DNA of 64,000 nt from Escherichia phage vB_EcoM_CRJP21: the sequence record OQ708376.1; one strand, 5' to 3'. Under the pieces are notes generated by a model. The model saw only the letters and a program-made list of their open reading frames with translations, was not told where the DNA came from and searched no databases. This document shows, piece after piece, positions 55,391 to 63,923 of the stretch. The stretch's first letter is position 1, and the number at the start of each line of letters is the position of its first letter. A program made the position numbers and the translations under genes.

Positions 55391-56239
55391 ATGGATACAA
55401 CAGATTTTCGTAATTTCAAAAAGTATTCAGTACTTGAACATATCAACGAATTTCTGAATTCCCCAACACCATTTGGTATCAGTACATCAGATACATACGA
55501 TGGATATAGAATCTTCCCATGCAATGACTTTCAAATTTCTGTCAAAAAAGGTACTTCAAAAGAAGTTGCAATTCGTGATGTAGTACTGTATAGCGATTCT
55601 TCTATTTCTTACTGTCATGATGTGAACAATTTTGAATCTCTTTCAACACCTAATTGTTCATACTACAAATCCAATGACACAATGATGTACAAAGAAGAAC
55701 ACATCAATGGGGTTTCGTTTTATAAAACCGCCAGCGATAAATCATATACATCTAGAGATGATTTTGGAAAATATACATGCACTATGTATACGGATGATGA
55801 AAAATCAAATCGTATTCATTCATTCGAATCCAAATTCAAAGAGAGTGAAGTTTCAAATATCACTATACAAGAAAAGGTTACAGAAGATGGTGTTGTGTAT
55901 CGTAGTACTGCATTCTTCCGAATGAAAGATATTGCAACTGGTCGCCCAATGATGTATAATATTGACATATCCATGAAAGGTGAATCATCGGAAGTGGTGA
56001 TTAGTACTGGTTATCGTGCCAACTACACATTTACAATGGAATCACCTGATGCATCGTTGGTACATCTATTCAACAATTTATATACTTTCCAATTCGAACT
56101 TAGTTTCGAAACAAATGAATATCAAATATTTGAGATATTAAAAAGTAATATTATTAATAAATTGGAATATTACTTCAAGTTAGGCGGGAAGATGAACATA
56201 GTTAATACTATGTTACATAACATAAAAGAAACATTATAA
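55391..56239 (+). CDS. hypothetical protein (282 aa)
   Basis: track ORF; RBS AGGAGA. Confidence 0.6.
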   Translation: MDTTDFRNFKKYSVLEHINEFLNSPTPFGISTSDTYDGYRIFPCNDFQISVKKGTSKEVAIRDVVLYSDSSISYCHDVNNFESLSTPNCSYYKSNDTMMYKEEHINGVSFYKTASDKSYTSRDDFGKYTCTMYTDDEKSNRIHSFESKFKESEVSNITIQEKVTEDGVVYRSTAFFRMKDIATGRPMMYNIDISMKGESSEVVISTGYRANYTFTMESPDASLVHLFNNLYTFQFELSFETNEYQIFEILKSNIINKLEYYFKLGGKMNIVNTMLHNIKETL

Positions 56240-56255
56240 ATCTGGAGGATTTGGT

Positions 56256-56549
56256 ATGGATACTAAATTCAAAATTATTTTTAAAACTAAGCCGTATATT
56301 CCACATACAGCAGAACGTTTTATACCACATGGTGCTGAGGAAATTATTCACCAAGATGGTACTAAGTTATACCTTGTTCCTTGTTCTTATGAACGTGCAG
56401 TAGAAATGTTACTAATGAATGCTAGACTATGCAAAAACAAGTACATTAGTTACCTATACAATGAACATATTTTAGATTTCAATGATGAAAATATGTTCAT
56501 TCTAGCAATTGAGGATTTTGATAACTGGTACAATATTATTAAAATCTAA
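56256..56549 (+). CDS. hypothetical protein (97 aa)
   Basis: track ORF; RBS GGAGGA. Confidence 0.55.
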   Translation: MDTKFKIIFKTKPYIPHTAERFIPHGAEEIIHQDGTKLYLVPCSYERAVEMLLMNARLCKNKYISYLYNEHILDFNDENMFILAIEDFDNWYNIIKI

Positions 56550-56556
56550 TGAAAAT

Positions 56557-56604
56557 AATGTGAACATATTAGATTCTTGTGATATAATGTTCACATCTTT
56601 TTTT
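56557..56604 (+). promoter_or_regulatory. hairpin (10-bp arms ATGTGAACAT / ATGTTCACAT) with -10-like TGATATAAT in loop, then T-run
   Basis: direct read; terminator and/or operator. Confidence 0.4.
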
Positions 56605-56620
56605 GATAACGGAGATATAG

Positions 56621-57007
56621 ATGAATACAAGTTCAATCCTAAAAGCAATTGGTGGTGTTTTACTCATTGAAGTAAAAGGTGAACCAAAGCTATGCTGTTT
56701 AGAAGATATGAAGAATACAAAACACTTCAGTACTGGTCAGATTTTCAATGCCATTCGTATTCTAAATGACAAATCCATTGCTGATTATGGAAAAGTTTGG
56801 CCTGTATATCAAAATGCTGATGGTGATATCAGTACTGATTGGAAAACAATTGAGGCGGTACGACAAAGTTGTGAGAGTGATTGGGACTTCATTGTTGAAG
56901 TTTGTGATCAACTACAAGAAGATGTTCCAGAAATTGTTGAACGAAAAGAAGTTCTAGCACGACTTGAAAAATTCCGTCACGGAACACTACAGTATGACAC
57001 AATCTAA
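56621..57007 (+). CDS. hypothetical protein (128 aa)
   Basis: track ORF; RBS GGAGA. Confidence 0.55.
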   Translation: MNTSSILKAIGGVLLIEVKGEPKLCCLEDMKNTKHFSTGQIFNAIRILNDKSIADYGKVWPVYQNADGDISTDWKTIEAVRQSCESDWDFIVEVCDQLQEDVPEIVERKEVLARLEKFRHGTLQYDTI

Positions 57008-57056
57008 TCTGCTTATTAAAAATATCTAATTAACATTATATAAAAGGAATTTAAAA

Positions 57057-57362
57057 ATGGAAGACAATGGAATGAAATTTGATATGTTTGAAGGTGTACC
57101 AGAGTTCGATTTCAACAAACTTGAAGAAGGTGAGGAATCAGAACTAGTTAGTGTTACACTTAAAGCAGATTCTAAAAAGAAATATTCATCATCAGTACGT
57201 TCACGTTCACAAGAAGAATACGAATCATTTATTGAAAGTATTCATTATGAAACATTCCATCACGCAGATGGAACTCCATATGAAGTACGTGTAACAGTAC
57301 TGAAGCCTGAAGTAAATCCAATGGAAAATCTACGTCCTGTTTACTGCTGGGCAAGTCACTAA
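57057..57362 (+). CDS. hypothetical protein (101 aa)
   Basis: track ORF; RBS AAGGAA. Confidence 0.55.
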   Translation: MEDNGMKFDMFEGVPEFDFNKLEEGEESELVSVTLKADSKKKYSSSVRSRSQEEYESFIESIHYETFHHADGTPYEVRVTVLKPEVNPMENLRPVYCWASH

Positions 57363-57370
57363 TAAACCAA

Positions 57371-57402
57371 AGGACGGGATTTGTTATCTCGTCCTTTTTT
57401 TG
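57371..57402 (+). terminator. rho-independent terminator
   Basis: AGGACGGGAT-ttgtt-ATCTCGTCCT + TTTTTTT. Confidence 0.7.
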
Positions 57403-57413
57403 TCTGGAGATGT

Positions 57414-58268
57414 ATGAAACTTTATCTAATCGTTGACTACAATAAGGATTATGCTGGTAACTTCACCGAAGATTCGGATGGATATTGCACATCGACTAAT
57501 GTCAATGTACGTATCAGTAATGCTCATGAACATGAATCTTGTAAAAATCTAAAAGATTTTATCACATACCGAGCATTTGAAAAGAACTTCTGCCGCAGTA
57601 GATATTCGAAGTTTGAGTACCCGTTAATTGATGTTCCTGATGATTTAATGTTCCAGTTAATGCTAACTGGAGTTCAAGATTATGATTACATAGCATATAA
57701 TCATATTACTAAGAAAATTTATATTGGTACATCATCACATGACACTTCTATGTATGCATCATGCCCAGATGATCGAATGAATGATAGAAAATCATACTAT
57801 AGTGGATCAGTTGGTTTAAATGATTCATTAAATGAAAATTTATTCTTTGAGTATGTTTATGATTACCATCATGAGAAAAAAGAACGTGAAGATTACTGTA
57901 TAGCAATTGATAGTACTAATGGGTATGAAGACGTGAAAGAAGCACTTATGCCGTACATTATTGAAAAGTACTACAAAGATTTTCAGTACTGTAGTAATTT
58001 TCTAATCAGAAATTCTATTATAATCGGTCGCCAATCTAGTGCATACTCTCAGTACTATAATGATTCACCAGTAGCATCGGCAAATGAAATGTGTGATATT
58101 TTACAAATTCCACGTGAAGATATGGCATTCATTTTTACATCTTTTATTGAAGATGATGAGTTGTATATTAAAAATAAACACCGTTTCATGCCAAGCAAGA
58201 TTGAGGTTATTCGAAGTTTTAGTGTTGATATACTAACAAATTTCACAGAAAAAACCGAATATAACTGA
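57414..58268 (+). CDS. large divergent family-2-like protein (284 aa)
   Basis: core DLMFQLMLTG; track start inside terminator, so restarted at internal ATG. Confidence 0.5.
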   Translation: MKLYLIVDYNKDYAGNFTEDSDGYCTSTNVNVRISNAHEHESCKNLKDFITYRAFEKNFCRSRYSKFEYPLIDVPDDLMFQLMLTGVQDYDYIAYNHITKKIYIGTSSHDTSMYASCPDDRMNDRKSYYSGSVGLNDSLNENLFFEYVYDYHHEKKEREDYCIAIDSTNGYEDVKEALMPYIIEKYYKDFQYCSNFLIRNSIIIGRQSSAYSQYYNDSPVASANEMCDILQIPREDMAFIFTSFIEDDELYIKNKHRFMPSKIEVIRSFSVDILTNFTEKTEYN

Positions 58269-58296
58269 GACAAATGATAAGTTAATGATATAATAT

Positions 58297-58331
58297 AAGG
58301 TGACAACATAATATGTTAGTCACCTTTTTTT
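58297..58331 (+). terminator. rho-independent terminator
   Basis: GGTGACAACATA-at-TATGTTAGTCACC + TTTTTTT. Confidence 0.7.
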
Positions 58332-58860
58332 AATCCTGAAAGGTTCCCATAAGGAAATGATTAAAAGCCTAATCCACTCGAAAATGTAGAGGGTAGATGA
58401 GTAGTCCTTTCAGTACGAACAGCAGATGAAACCCGTTAGATGATGGCATAGTTTGAACCACTCACGGCAATGCGGCTGTATAAAGAACTCCAATAGGATA
58501 AAGAGAGTTCCTCGATAGACATATAAGGATCGCACCTTACCAATTATCTAAGGGAGATTTCATAAGAAATATGCGGTCGGAATTATACAATATAGTTGCG
58601 TCCAAATTTTGTGAAATCAAATACAAGTACTGGTCATATGGTATTTGTATTATGTGTCGGGATGTTTAAGACCGACGACCGTTGCTACAAGAACCGCGAT
58701 AGAGAGAAACAGAGCAACCCGCTTTCGTCTCGTAAGAGAATTCGTGATATGAACTATGTGAAGGCCACCAGCGTCAAACTTTTTTGTTCTTTCCCCTGCG
58801 GGGGGATGAAATATGCTCAAGCAAACCCCGTCAATATTAATTAAAAGAAAATAGTACTTG
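58332..58860. other. non-coding GC-richer island (candidate structured RNA or decayed gene)
   Basis: no convincing ORF; several GC-rich hairpins (GTCGGGatgtttaagaCCGAC, CCCCTGCGGGG). Confidence 0.3.
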
Positions 58861-58871
58861 TAGAATTAGAC

Positions 58872-59492
58872 ATGCGTAGCATGATAATTCTACTGATGTT
58901 GATGCAATCAACGTCACGTATATTCATTGATGTTTCCATAGGAATAATGATGGCATTTATTAGAAAAGAAAAAACTGTTACTTATAAAACTTTGAATTTT
59001 GATGATTGCATTAATCAATCACAAGACGAAGATATCTTTACTGGATATGTGGTTATTAAAGAAAAAGGATGCATTTCTTATATAAAGGAATTGCAAAATG
59101 GAATTGAAGTAACTTCAGTTAAATTACTTCCTACTCAAAAACCAACAATATCAAAAGCCCAGTATGGTAATTATTTTGAAGAAAGATATAGTAATAATTC
59201 AATAAGTGTTAAGGCTCATATTATTAAAGGAGAACTAGAAGGAGAATATAGAAAATACAACCCACAAGGAAAATGTGTTTGGGTTAAATACTTCAATTCA
59301 GGATATGATGTAACATCTGAAATTATAGAGTTCTTAGGTTTAAAATGTACCCCTGAGACTATTCACGATTACAAGTTCAATACTGAAGAAGAGTTTAATC
59401 TGATGATGCGTTACGGTTCACATTTTAAATTTTTATATGAATATAACATTGACAGTAGTACTTTTGATAAGATAGTACACAACTGTCTCTAA
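58872..59492 (+). CDS. hypothetical protein (alt start 58950)
   Basis: track ORF; hydrophobic N-terminal extension may not be translated. Confidence 0.5.
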   Translation: MRSMIILLMLMQSTSRIFIDVSIGIMMAFIRKEKTVTYKTLNFDDCINQSQDEDIFTGYVVIKEKGCISYIKELQNGIEVTSVKLLPTQKPTISKAQYGNYFEERYSNNSISVKAHIIKGELEGEYRKYNPQGKCVWVKYFNSGYDVTSEIIEFLGLKCTPETIHDYKFNTEEEFNLMMRYGSHFKFLYEYNIDSSTFDKIVHNCL

Positions 59493-59508
59493 CAAAAGGA
59501 ATTATATA

Positions 59509-60030
59509 ATGTCGAAGAAGGATGCTTCGAAAAAACATTCAGTACATTTTAGTACTGGAAAAGATAACTGGACAACTCCAAAGGATTTCTTTGAAGATTT
59601 GGATGAACTCTGGGAATTTACACTAGATGCAGCATGTGTCAAAGAAACTGCATTGTGTGATAATTTTTTCACTCCAGAAGATGATTCACTGTCACAGGAT
59701 TGGGGAAATAATATAGTTTGGTTGAATCCACCATATAGTGACTTGAAAACTTGGTTATCCAAAGCAGTAGATGCATATAATAACGGGGCAACTGTAGTTA
59801 TTCTTGTACCCTCAAGAACCGATACAATTGCTTTTCAGGATTATGCTGCTAAAATATGTGATTGTATTTGTTTTATTAAGGGAAGATTGAGATTTGGTAT
59901 ACCAGAAGAACCCGATAAGAAAACAGATTCAGCACCATTTCCTTCGTGTCTGATAGTACTGGATAAGTACTTAACCACTGCTAAAATCAATTATCTTAAA
60001 TCTCTTGGGTTGGTGATGAAGAATTTATGA
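59509..60030 (+). CDS. phage-type DNA N6-adenine methyltransferase (Dam-like)
   Basis: WTTPKDFFEDL N-terminal motif and NPPY catalytic motif. Confidence 0.7.
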   Translation: MSKKDASKKHSVHFSTGKDNWTTPKDFFEDLDELWEFTLDAACVKETALCDNFFTPEDDSLSQDWGNNIVWLNPPYSDLKTWLSKAVDAYNNGATVVILVPSRTDTIAFQDYAAKICDCICFIKGRLRFGIPEEPDKKTDSAPFPSCLIVLDKYLTTAKINYLKSLGLVMKNL

Positions 60031-60560
60031 AAGAAACATGCGTATTAACTTTTGGACGTGTTAATCCCGTACATCGTGGACATGGTTTAGTTTTTGAAAA
60101 GGCCAAAACATTACAAGAACAGTACAATGCTGATTTAAAAATATATCTAAGCACCAGTACTGACAATATAAAAAACCCACTCCCACCTGAACTAAAAATG
60201 TATTATACAGAGGGATTCTATCCTTCAGTGCAAGAGAACATCTACACAGAAGACAATCTATTTGATATAATGAGAGAACTGGATGGAAAGTACTTAGATG
60301 TTCTTTTCATATGTGGTTCTGACCGTATTGATTCTTTTCAAAAAACTCTTGACATGTACAATGGTAAGTTGTATAATTTTTGTAGTATAAAAGCAATTCA
60401 AGCAGGTATTGACCGTAATGTAAGTCAATATAGCTCAACACAAATGCGTAACTTCGCAAAAAATGAAGATTTTGATAGTTTTCGTGAGTTTTTACCTGGA
60501 AATGACGAGGACTTAAAAATACAATTATTTGAAGACGTTATAAAATACATGAGGAAATAA
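60027..60560 (+). CDS. HxGH-motif nucleotidyltransferase (NMN adenylyltransferase-like)
   Basis: TFGRVNPVHRGH resembles GxFxPxHxGH; SSTQMR resembles the ISSTxxR motif. Confidence 0.5.
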   Translation: MKETCVLTFGRVNPVHRGHGLVFEKAKTLQEQYNADLKIYLSTSTDNIKNPLPPELKMYYTEGFYPSVQENIYTEDNLFDIMRELDGKYLDVLFICGSDRIDSFQKTLDMYNGKLYNFCSIKAIQAGIDRNVSQYSSTQMRNFAKNEDFDSFREFLPGNDEDLKIQLFEDVIKYMRK

Positions 60561-60562
60561 TT

Positions 60563-60856
60563 ATGTCAGTACTGTTCAAAACCAATCCAGTACTTTGGGA
60601 TCAAAATGAGCAATCAGGATTTCGTTCCATCCATGTTGAATACAAAGGTAATACTGTAGTTGCAATTATTGCTAACAAAACTCTAGGAAACTGGACTGCA
60701 CAGGTTGTTCCTATGGGATATTCTTACACATCTGATGAGGTTCAATTCCTGGCTGAACTATATCGTCAAGTGCCGTTTATCATTAATGTACTAGAAGGTA
60801 ATGATACATTATCACATGCAGATGTGATTAATTTTCTTGGAAACTTGCATGTGTGA
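60563..60856 (+). CDS. hypothetical protein (97 aa)
   Basis: track ORF; coupled. Confidence 0.5.
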   Translation: MSVLFKTNPVLWDQNEQSGFRSIHVEYKGNTVVAIIANKTLGNWTAQVVPMGYSYTSDEVQFLAELYRQVPFIINVLEGNDTLSHADVINFLGNLHV

Positions 60857-61136
60857 TGAAATAAATCTTACAGGATATTTTTTACAAGAATCAATGATTA
60901 AATTTAGTGATAAATTTTCAGTACTGGATGGTATCGAAATGTGGCATGTCAAACCACTGTTCCACACTTTCAGTAAAGAGCACAAAATGTTATTGACTGA
61001 AGCCAGTAAATCAAATAACATATGTGAAATCAAAATTGGTGTAAATGTCTATAAAGGGATGGTTATCTTTTTTGACAATAACAGCAACTACTTTTATATT
61101 GTTAAGGAGCATTACGTTGACAAATACAAATACTAA
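60837..61136 (+). CDS. hypothetical protein (99 aa)
   Basis: track ORF; overlaps neighbours. Confidence 0.45.
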   Translation: METCMCDEINLTGYFLQESMIKFSDKFSVLDGIEMWHVKPLFHTFSKEHKMLLTEASKSNNICEIKIGVNVYKGMVIFFDNNSNYFYIVKEHYVDKYKY

Positions 61137-61731
61137 TACATATTTCCGTTATCTTCGCTTAGGTCTTTCCCTACGTCCGATCCGTGGAAAGTGCGATTCA
61201 CTCGCTGACCTTGACTATGCATATGCATTACATCATGAAGGTGTACAGTATGTATTGGGTGATTATGGTGAATTTGAAGAAACAAATGACAGTACTGGAA
61301 TTAATGCTGGTGTAGAAAATCTTAACAACATTGCTAACAGTTCTCGCCATGACATTGTGTTACAGATTCAAAACTTTATTGAGCAGCACACAGGTAAACG
61401 TGTTTGGTGCTATGTCGGTACGGATGCACAAATGTCAATTTCATTCGGTAACGATGAAGGATATGTTGCACAGCTTATTATGGATTTTGAATCTGAAGAG
61501 AAGTTTTTAGAATTCAAAGAAAAGATTATTCAGTCACTTGTTGATATGGGTATCCCCGAAGATAAAATGCCAGAAGTCCAAAACATTGATGAATTTGTTT
61601 TGATTCCATCTGATGAGAAATATGATGCAATGTTTACTGCTCTTAATATTCCAGGAGTTATTGTGGAGTACTTTGATGATGGTGATGATAGTATCTATAT
61701 CGATCTAGATGACGATGACGACGATGAATAA
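61045..61731 (+). CDS. hypothetical acidic protein (C-terminal D/E tail; start uncertain)
   Basis: long ORF ending DLDDDDDDE; first 92 nt overlap upstream ORF in another frame. Confidence 0.45.
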   Translation: MSIKGWLSFLTITATTFILLRSITLTNTNTNTYFRYLRLGLSLRPIRGKCDSLADLDYAYALHHEGVQYVLGDYGEFEETNDSTGINAGVENLNNIANSSRHDIVLQIQNFIEQHTGKRVWCYVGTDAQMSISFGNDEGYVAQLIMDFESEEKFLEFKEKIIQSLVDMGIPEDKMPEVQNIDEFVLIPSDEKYDAMFTALNIPGVIVEYFDDGDDSIYIDLDDDDDDE

Positions 61732-61737
61732 TGTACA

Positions 61738-61766
61738 TAGCCCGACATAAGTTCGGGCTATTTTTG
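61738..61766 (+). terminator. rho-independent terminator
   Basis: TAGCCCGA-cataag-TTCGGGCTA + TTTTT. Confidence 0.75.
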
Positions 61767-61777
61767 TAAGGGGATAT

Positions 61778-62053
61778 ATGAATTATAAAGTTCTACAATA
61801 TACATACAGTGTTTTGTTTGATTTACATCACAATGGAAGATATCTCAATACAATACGAGAAAACACATTCACTCATACTATCTGGATTAATCACTTAATA
61901 ATGATACGTGAATATTTTGTTAATAGTGAGATAATCATTCGTGGTAAAAAACAGAAGATAGAACAAGTTAATAGTTTTGGTGGTAAATTAGTACTATCAT
62001 TTATAGATAGTAATACTAATGAAAGATATAGTATAGATTTGGTGGACATATGA
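61778..62053 (+). CDS. family-3 small protein
   Basis: N-terminal MNYKVLQYTYSVLFDL; tandem paralogs follow. Confidence 0.55.
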   Translation: MNYKVLQYTYSVLFDLHHNGRYLNTIRENTFTHTIWINHLIMIREYFVNSEIIIRGKKQKIEQVNSFGGKLVLSFIDSNTNERYSIDLVDI

Positions 62054-62316
62054 ATTATAAAGATTTCCTACTAACATACAAGATTATTCGAGATTTAGCA
62101 CACGACAATGATAGCCCTAGTCTAGAAGACACATGCACTGAAATGATTCATACGATTCGTGGTAAGATTAAAAAAAAATTCAGTACTGTTATTATTGGTG
62201 ATGACCATGCAGAATTTTCTGATATAATCATTAGACGTGATGGTAAAGTTGAGGTTCAGTACTACACTGATTTTGGATTTACCAGTATTCCGTTGGAGAT
62301 ATTCCCTTGGGATTAA
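62050..62316 (+). CDS. family-3 small protein
   Basis: MNYKDFLLTYKIIRDL; ATGA coupling. Confidence 0.55.
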   Translation: MNYKDFLLTYKIIRDLAHDNDSPSLEDTCTEMIHTIRGKIKKKFSTVIIGDDHAEFSDIIIRRDGKVEVQYYTDFGFTSIPLEIFPWD

Positions 62317-62618
62317 ATTTAAATGATATACAATTCACTTATAAGATCCTATATGATTTGTATGATGTATACCTTGTTAGTAACAACATAGGTTCACATA
62401 ACCGATCCAAAGAACAACCATTTATTGATTTATATATTGAGTACTTAGATTCAGTAGGTGAATATATAAAAAAGAATTACAGTACTTTTATCGATGGAAA
62501 TGATAAATTCGATTTCTATGGTGTGCAATCATATAATGGTATAATCCATGTTCAATTTCAGGAAATAACCGATAGGGGATTTATCGAGATTAAAGTTGTG
62601 AAGTTGGTGAATTTATAA
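62307..62618 (+). CDS. family-3 small protein (TTG start)
   Basis: LNDIQFTYKILYDL; no in-frame ATG. Confidence 0.45.
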   Translation: MGLNLNDIQFTYKILYDLYDVYLVSNNIGSHNRSKEQPFIDLYIEYLDSVGEYIKKNYSTFIDGNDKFDFYGVQSYNGIIHVQFQEITDRGFIEIKVVKLVNL

Positions 62619-62628
62619 GAGGTTACAT

Positions 62629-62940
62629 ATGTTATTAAATGATATACAATTCACATACAAATTTTTGTATATCCAATACGCTACGGTTGATGCTGGAGAA
62701 TATCTCTACAGTGAAATCTATCGTTCGGTATGGATAAAGTTTTTGGATGAATTACATGAATATTACCATGATTTGTGTATAGTTCGTGATAATAAAATAT
62801 ACAAATTCCGCGATATTGTTAGTCATAGCGGTAAGCTACGATTGGAATTAAGTACTGATAGTGATGTTGATTGGATTGGTGTAAATTTACTGGAATTGAA
62901 GAATGAAAAACAACTTAAAGGAAATACAAGTATTTTATAA
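62629..62940 (+). CDS. family-3 small protein
   Basis: LNDIQFTYKFLYIQY. Confidence 0.55.
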   Translation: MLLNDIQFTYKFLYIQYATVDAGEYLYSEIYRSVWIKFLDELHEYYHDLCIVRDNKIYKFRDIVSHSGKLRLELSTDSDVDWIGVNLLELKNEKQLKGNTSIL

Positions 62941-63187
62941 ATTCTTATACTTATCATATGTAAAAGATGAGTACTATGAAAGTGTGTATTATTTTTTATG
63001 GCAACATTACCGTACTATAGTAAGAGATTTATATATAGGAAAATCTATCATATCCAATGGTGAAAAATGTATCTGTACGGATGTAGTTAGTTTTAATGGT
63101 TCTTTAACACTGTGTTTCAGATGCGATAATAATAGTGGGTCATTTTCATTAAACGTATATCAGTTAGAAGGAATAAATTTTGAATAA
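62903..63187 (+). CDS. family-3 small protein
   Basis: LKEIQVFYKFLYLSY. Confidence 0.5.
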   Translation: MKNNLKEIQVFYKFLYLSYVKDEYYESVYYFLWQHYRTIVRDLYIGKSIISNGEKCICTDVVSFNGSLTLCFRCDNNSGSFSLNVYQLEGINFE

Positions 63188-63380
63188 ATGTCCATATTGT
63201 AACAGTACTCAATTAGCTCGTTTCCGTTTAGATTCAGACTGGGCGACTGGTGCTGGTGATTTCTTCCCTATTAATGATGATGCGGAATACACCGAAGAAC
63301 AACACAAAGATTTTGATAAATCATGGCGACCTGACATTGAGTGCATTTATTGCCTTAATTGTGAGCGTGTTCATGACTAA
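63180..63380 (+). CDS. zinc-ribbon-like small protein (two CxxC pairs; TTG start)
   Basis: CPYCNS ... CIYCLNC. Confidence 0.4.
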   Translation: MNKCPYCNSTQLARFRLDSDWATGAGDFFPINDDAEYTEEQHKDFDKSWRPDIECIYCLNCERVHD

Positions 63381-63407
63381 AGCTGAACTAATAGTTCATA
63401 CATATAA

Positions 63408-63636
63408 AATGATATCAAGTACTGAGTTATCATATAGTGCAGATAATCCAGTACTGGATTATTTTGTTGAATTATTGAAAGAGCATTATATTGGTAAATC
63501 ACTGATTCTTAATAATATTAATTTCACGGTAAAGGATGTAGCACCTGGAAAAAACGTACTAATAGTATGTGTTACTTCATCTGATAACCCAGTATACCCA
63601 ATATCAATAATTTTTGAGATATTAGGAGATTTATGA
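63408..63636 (+). CDS. hypothetical small protein (possible family-3)
   Basis: internal ATG of track ORF 63250..63636. Confidence 0.4.
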
Positions 63637-63923
63637 ATATCATTTTAATGCAGAAAACATATGCTATATTGGTGAAAGATTATTCCATTACTTTCGATTC
63701 ACAAGAAAGTGCTCTACATAACCTATACAAAAACGTAACACAAGAATACAGAAATATGTTTTCTGACTTAGTAGTAGGAAGGTATTTCAGTACTAGAAAA
63801 TACCCAAAACTTCAAATAGTTGATGTTTCTTTTTATTTCAATGGTCATATTACTATTCATAGTTTAGACCAAGATTCAACAACGTACTTAAACTTTTCAT
63901 TTGATGAGGTAACATTTTTATGA
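63633..63923 (+). CDS. family-3 small protein
   Basis: MNIILMQKTYAILVKDY; coupled. Confidence 0.5.
   Translation: MNIILMQKTYAILVKDYSITFDSQESALHNLYKNVTQEYRNMFSDLVVGRYFSTRKYPKLQIVDVSFYFNGHITIHSLDQDSTTYLNFSFDEVTFL

Noticed and set aside
58332-58860. Retron ncRNA, group I/II intron or tRNA
   Set aside because: No reverse transcriptase, intron-encoded protein or homing endonuclease nearby; no tRNA-like acceptor/T-arm pattern; kept only as a generic non-coding island.
60027-60560. Complete NAD+ salvage pair (Nampt + Nmnat)
   Set aside because: Only the small nucleotidyltransferase is present; no 450-500 aa Nampt-like ORF exists in the window, so the pathway call is left as hypothesis.
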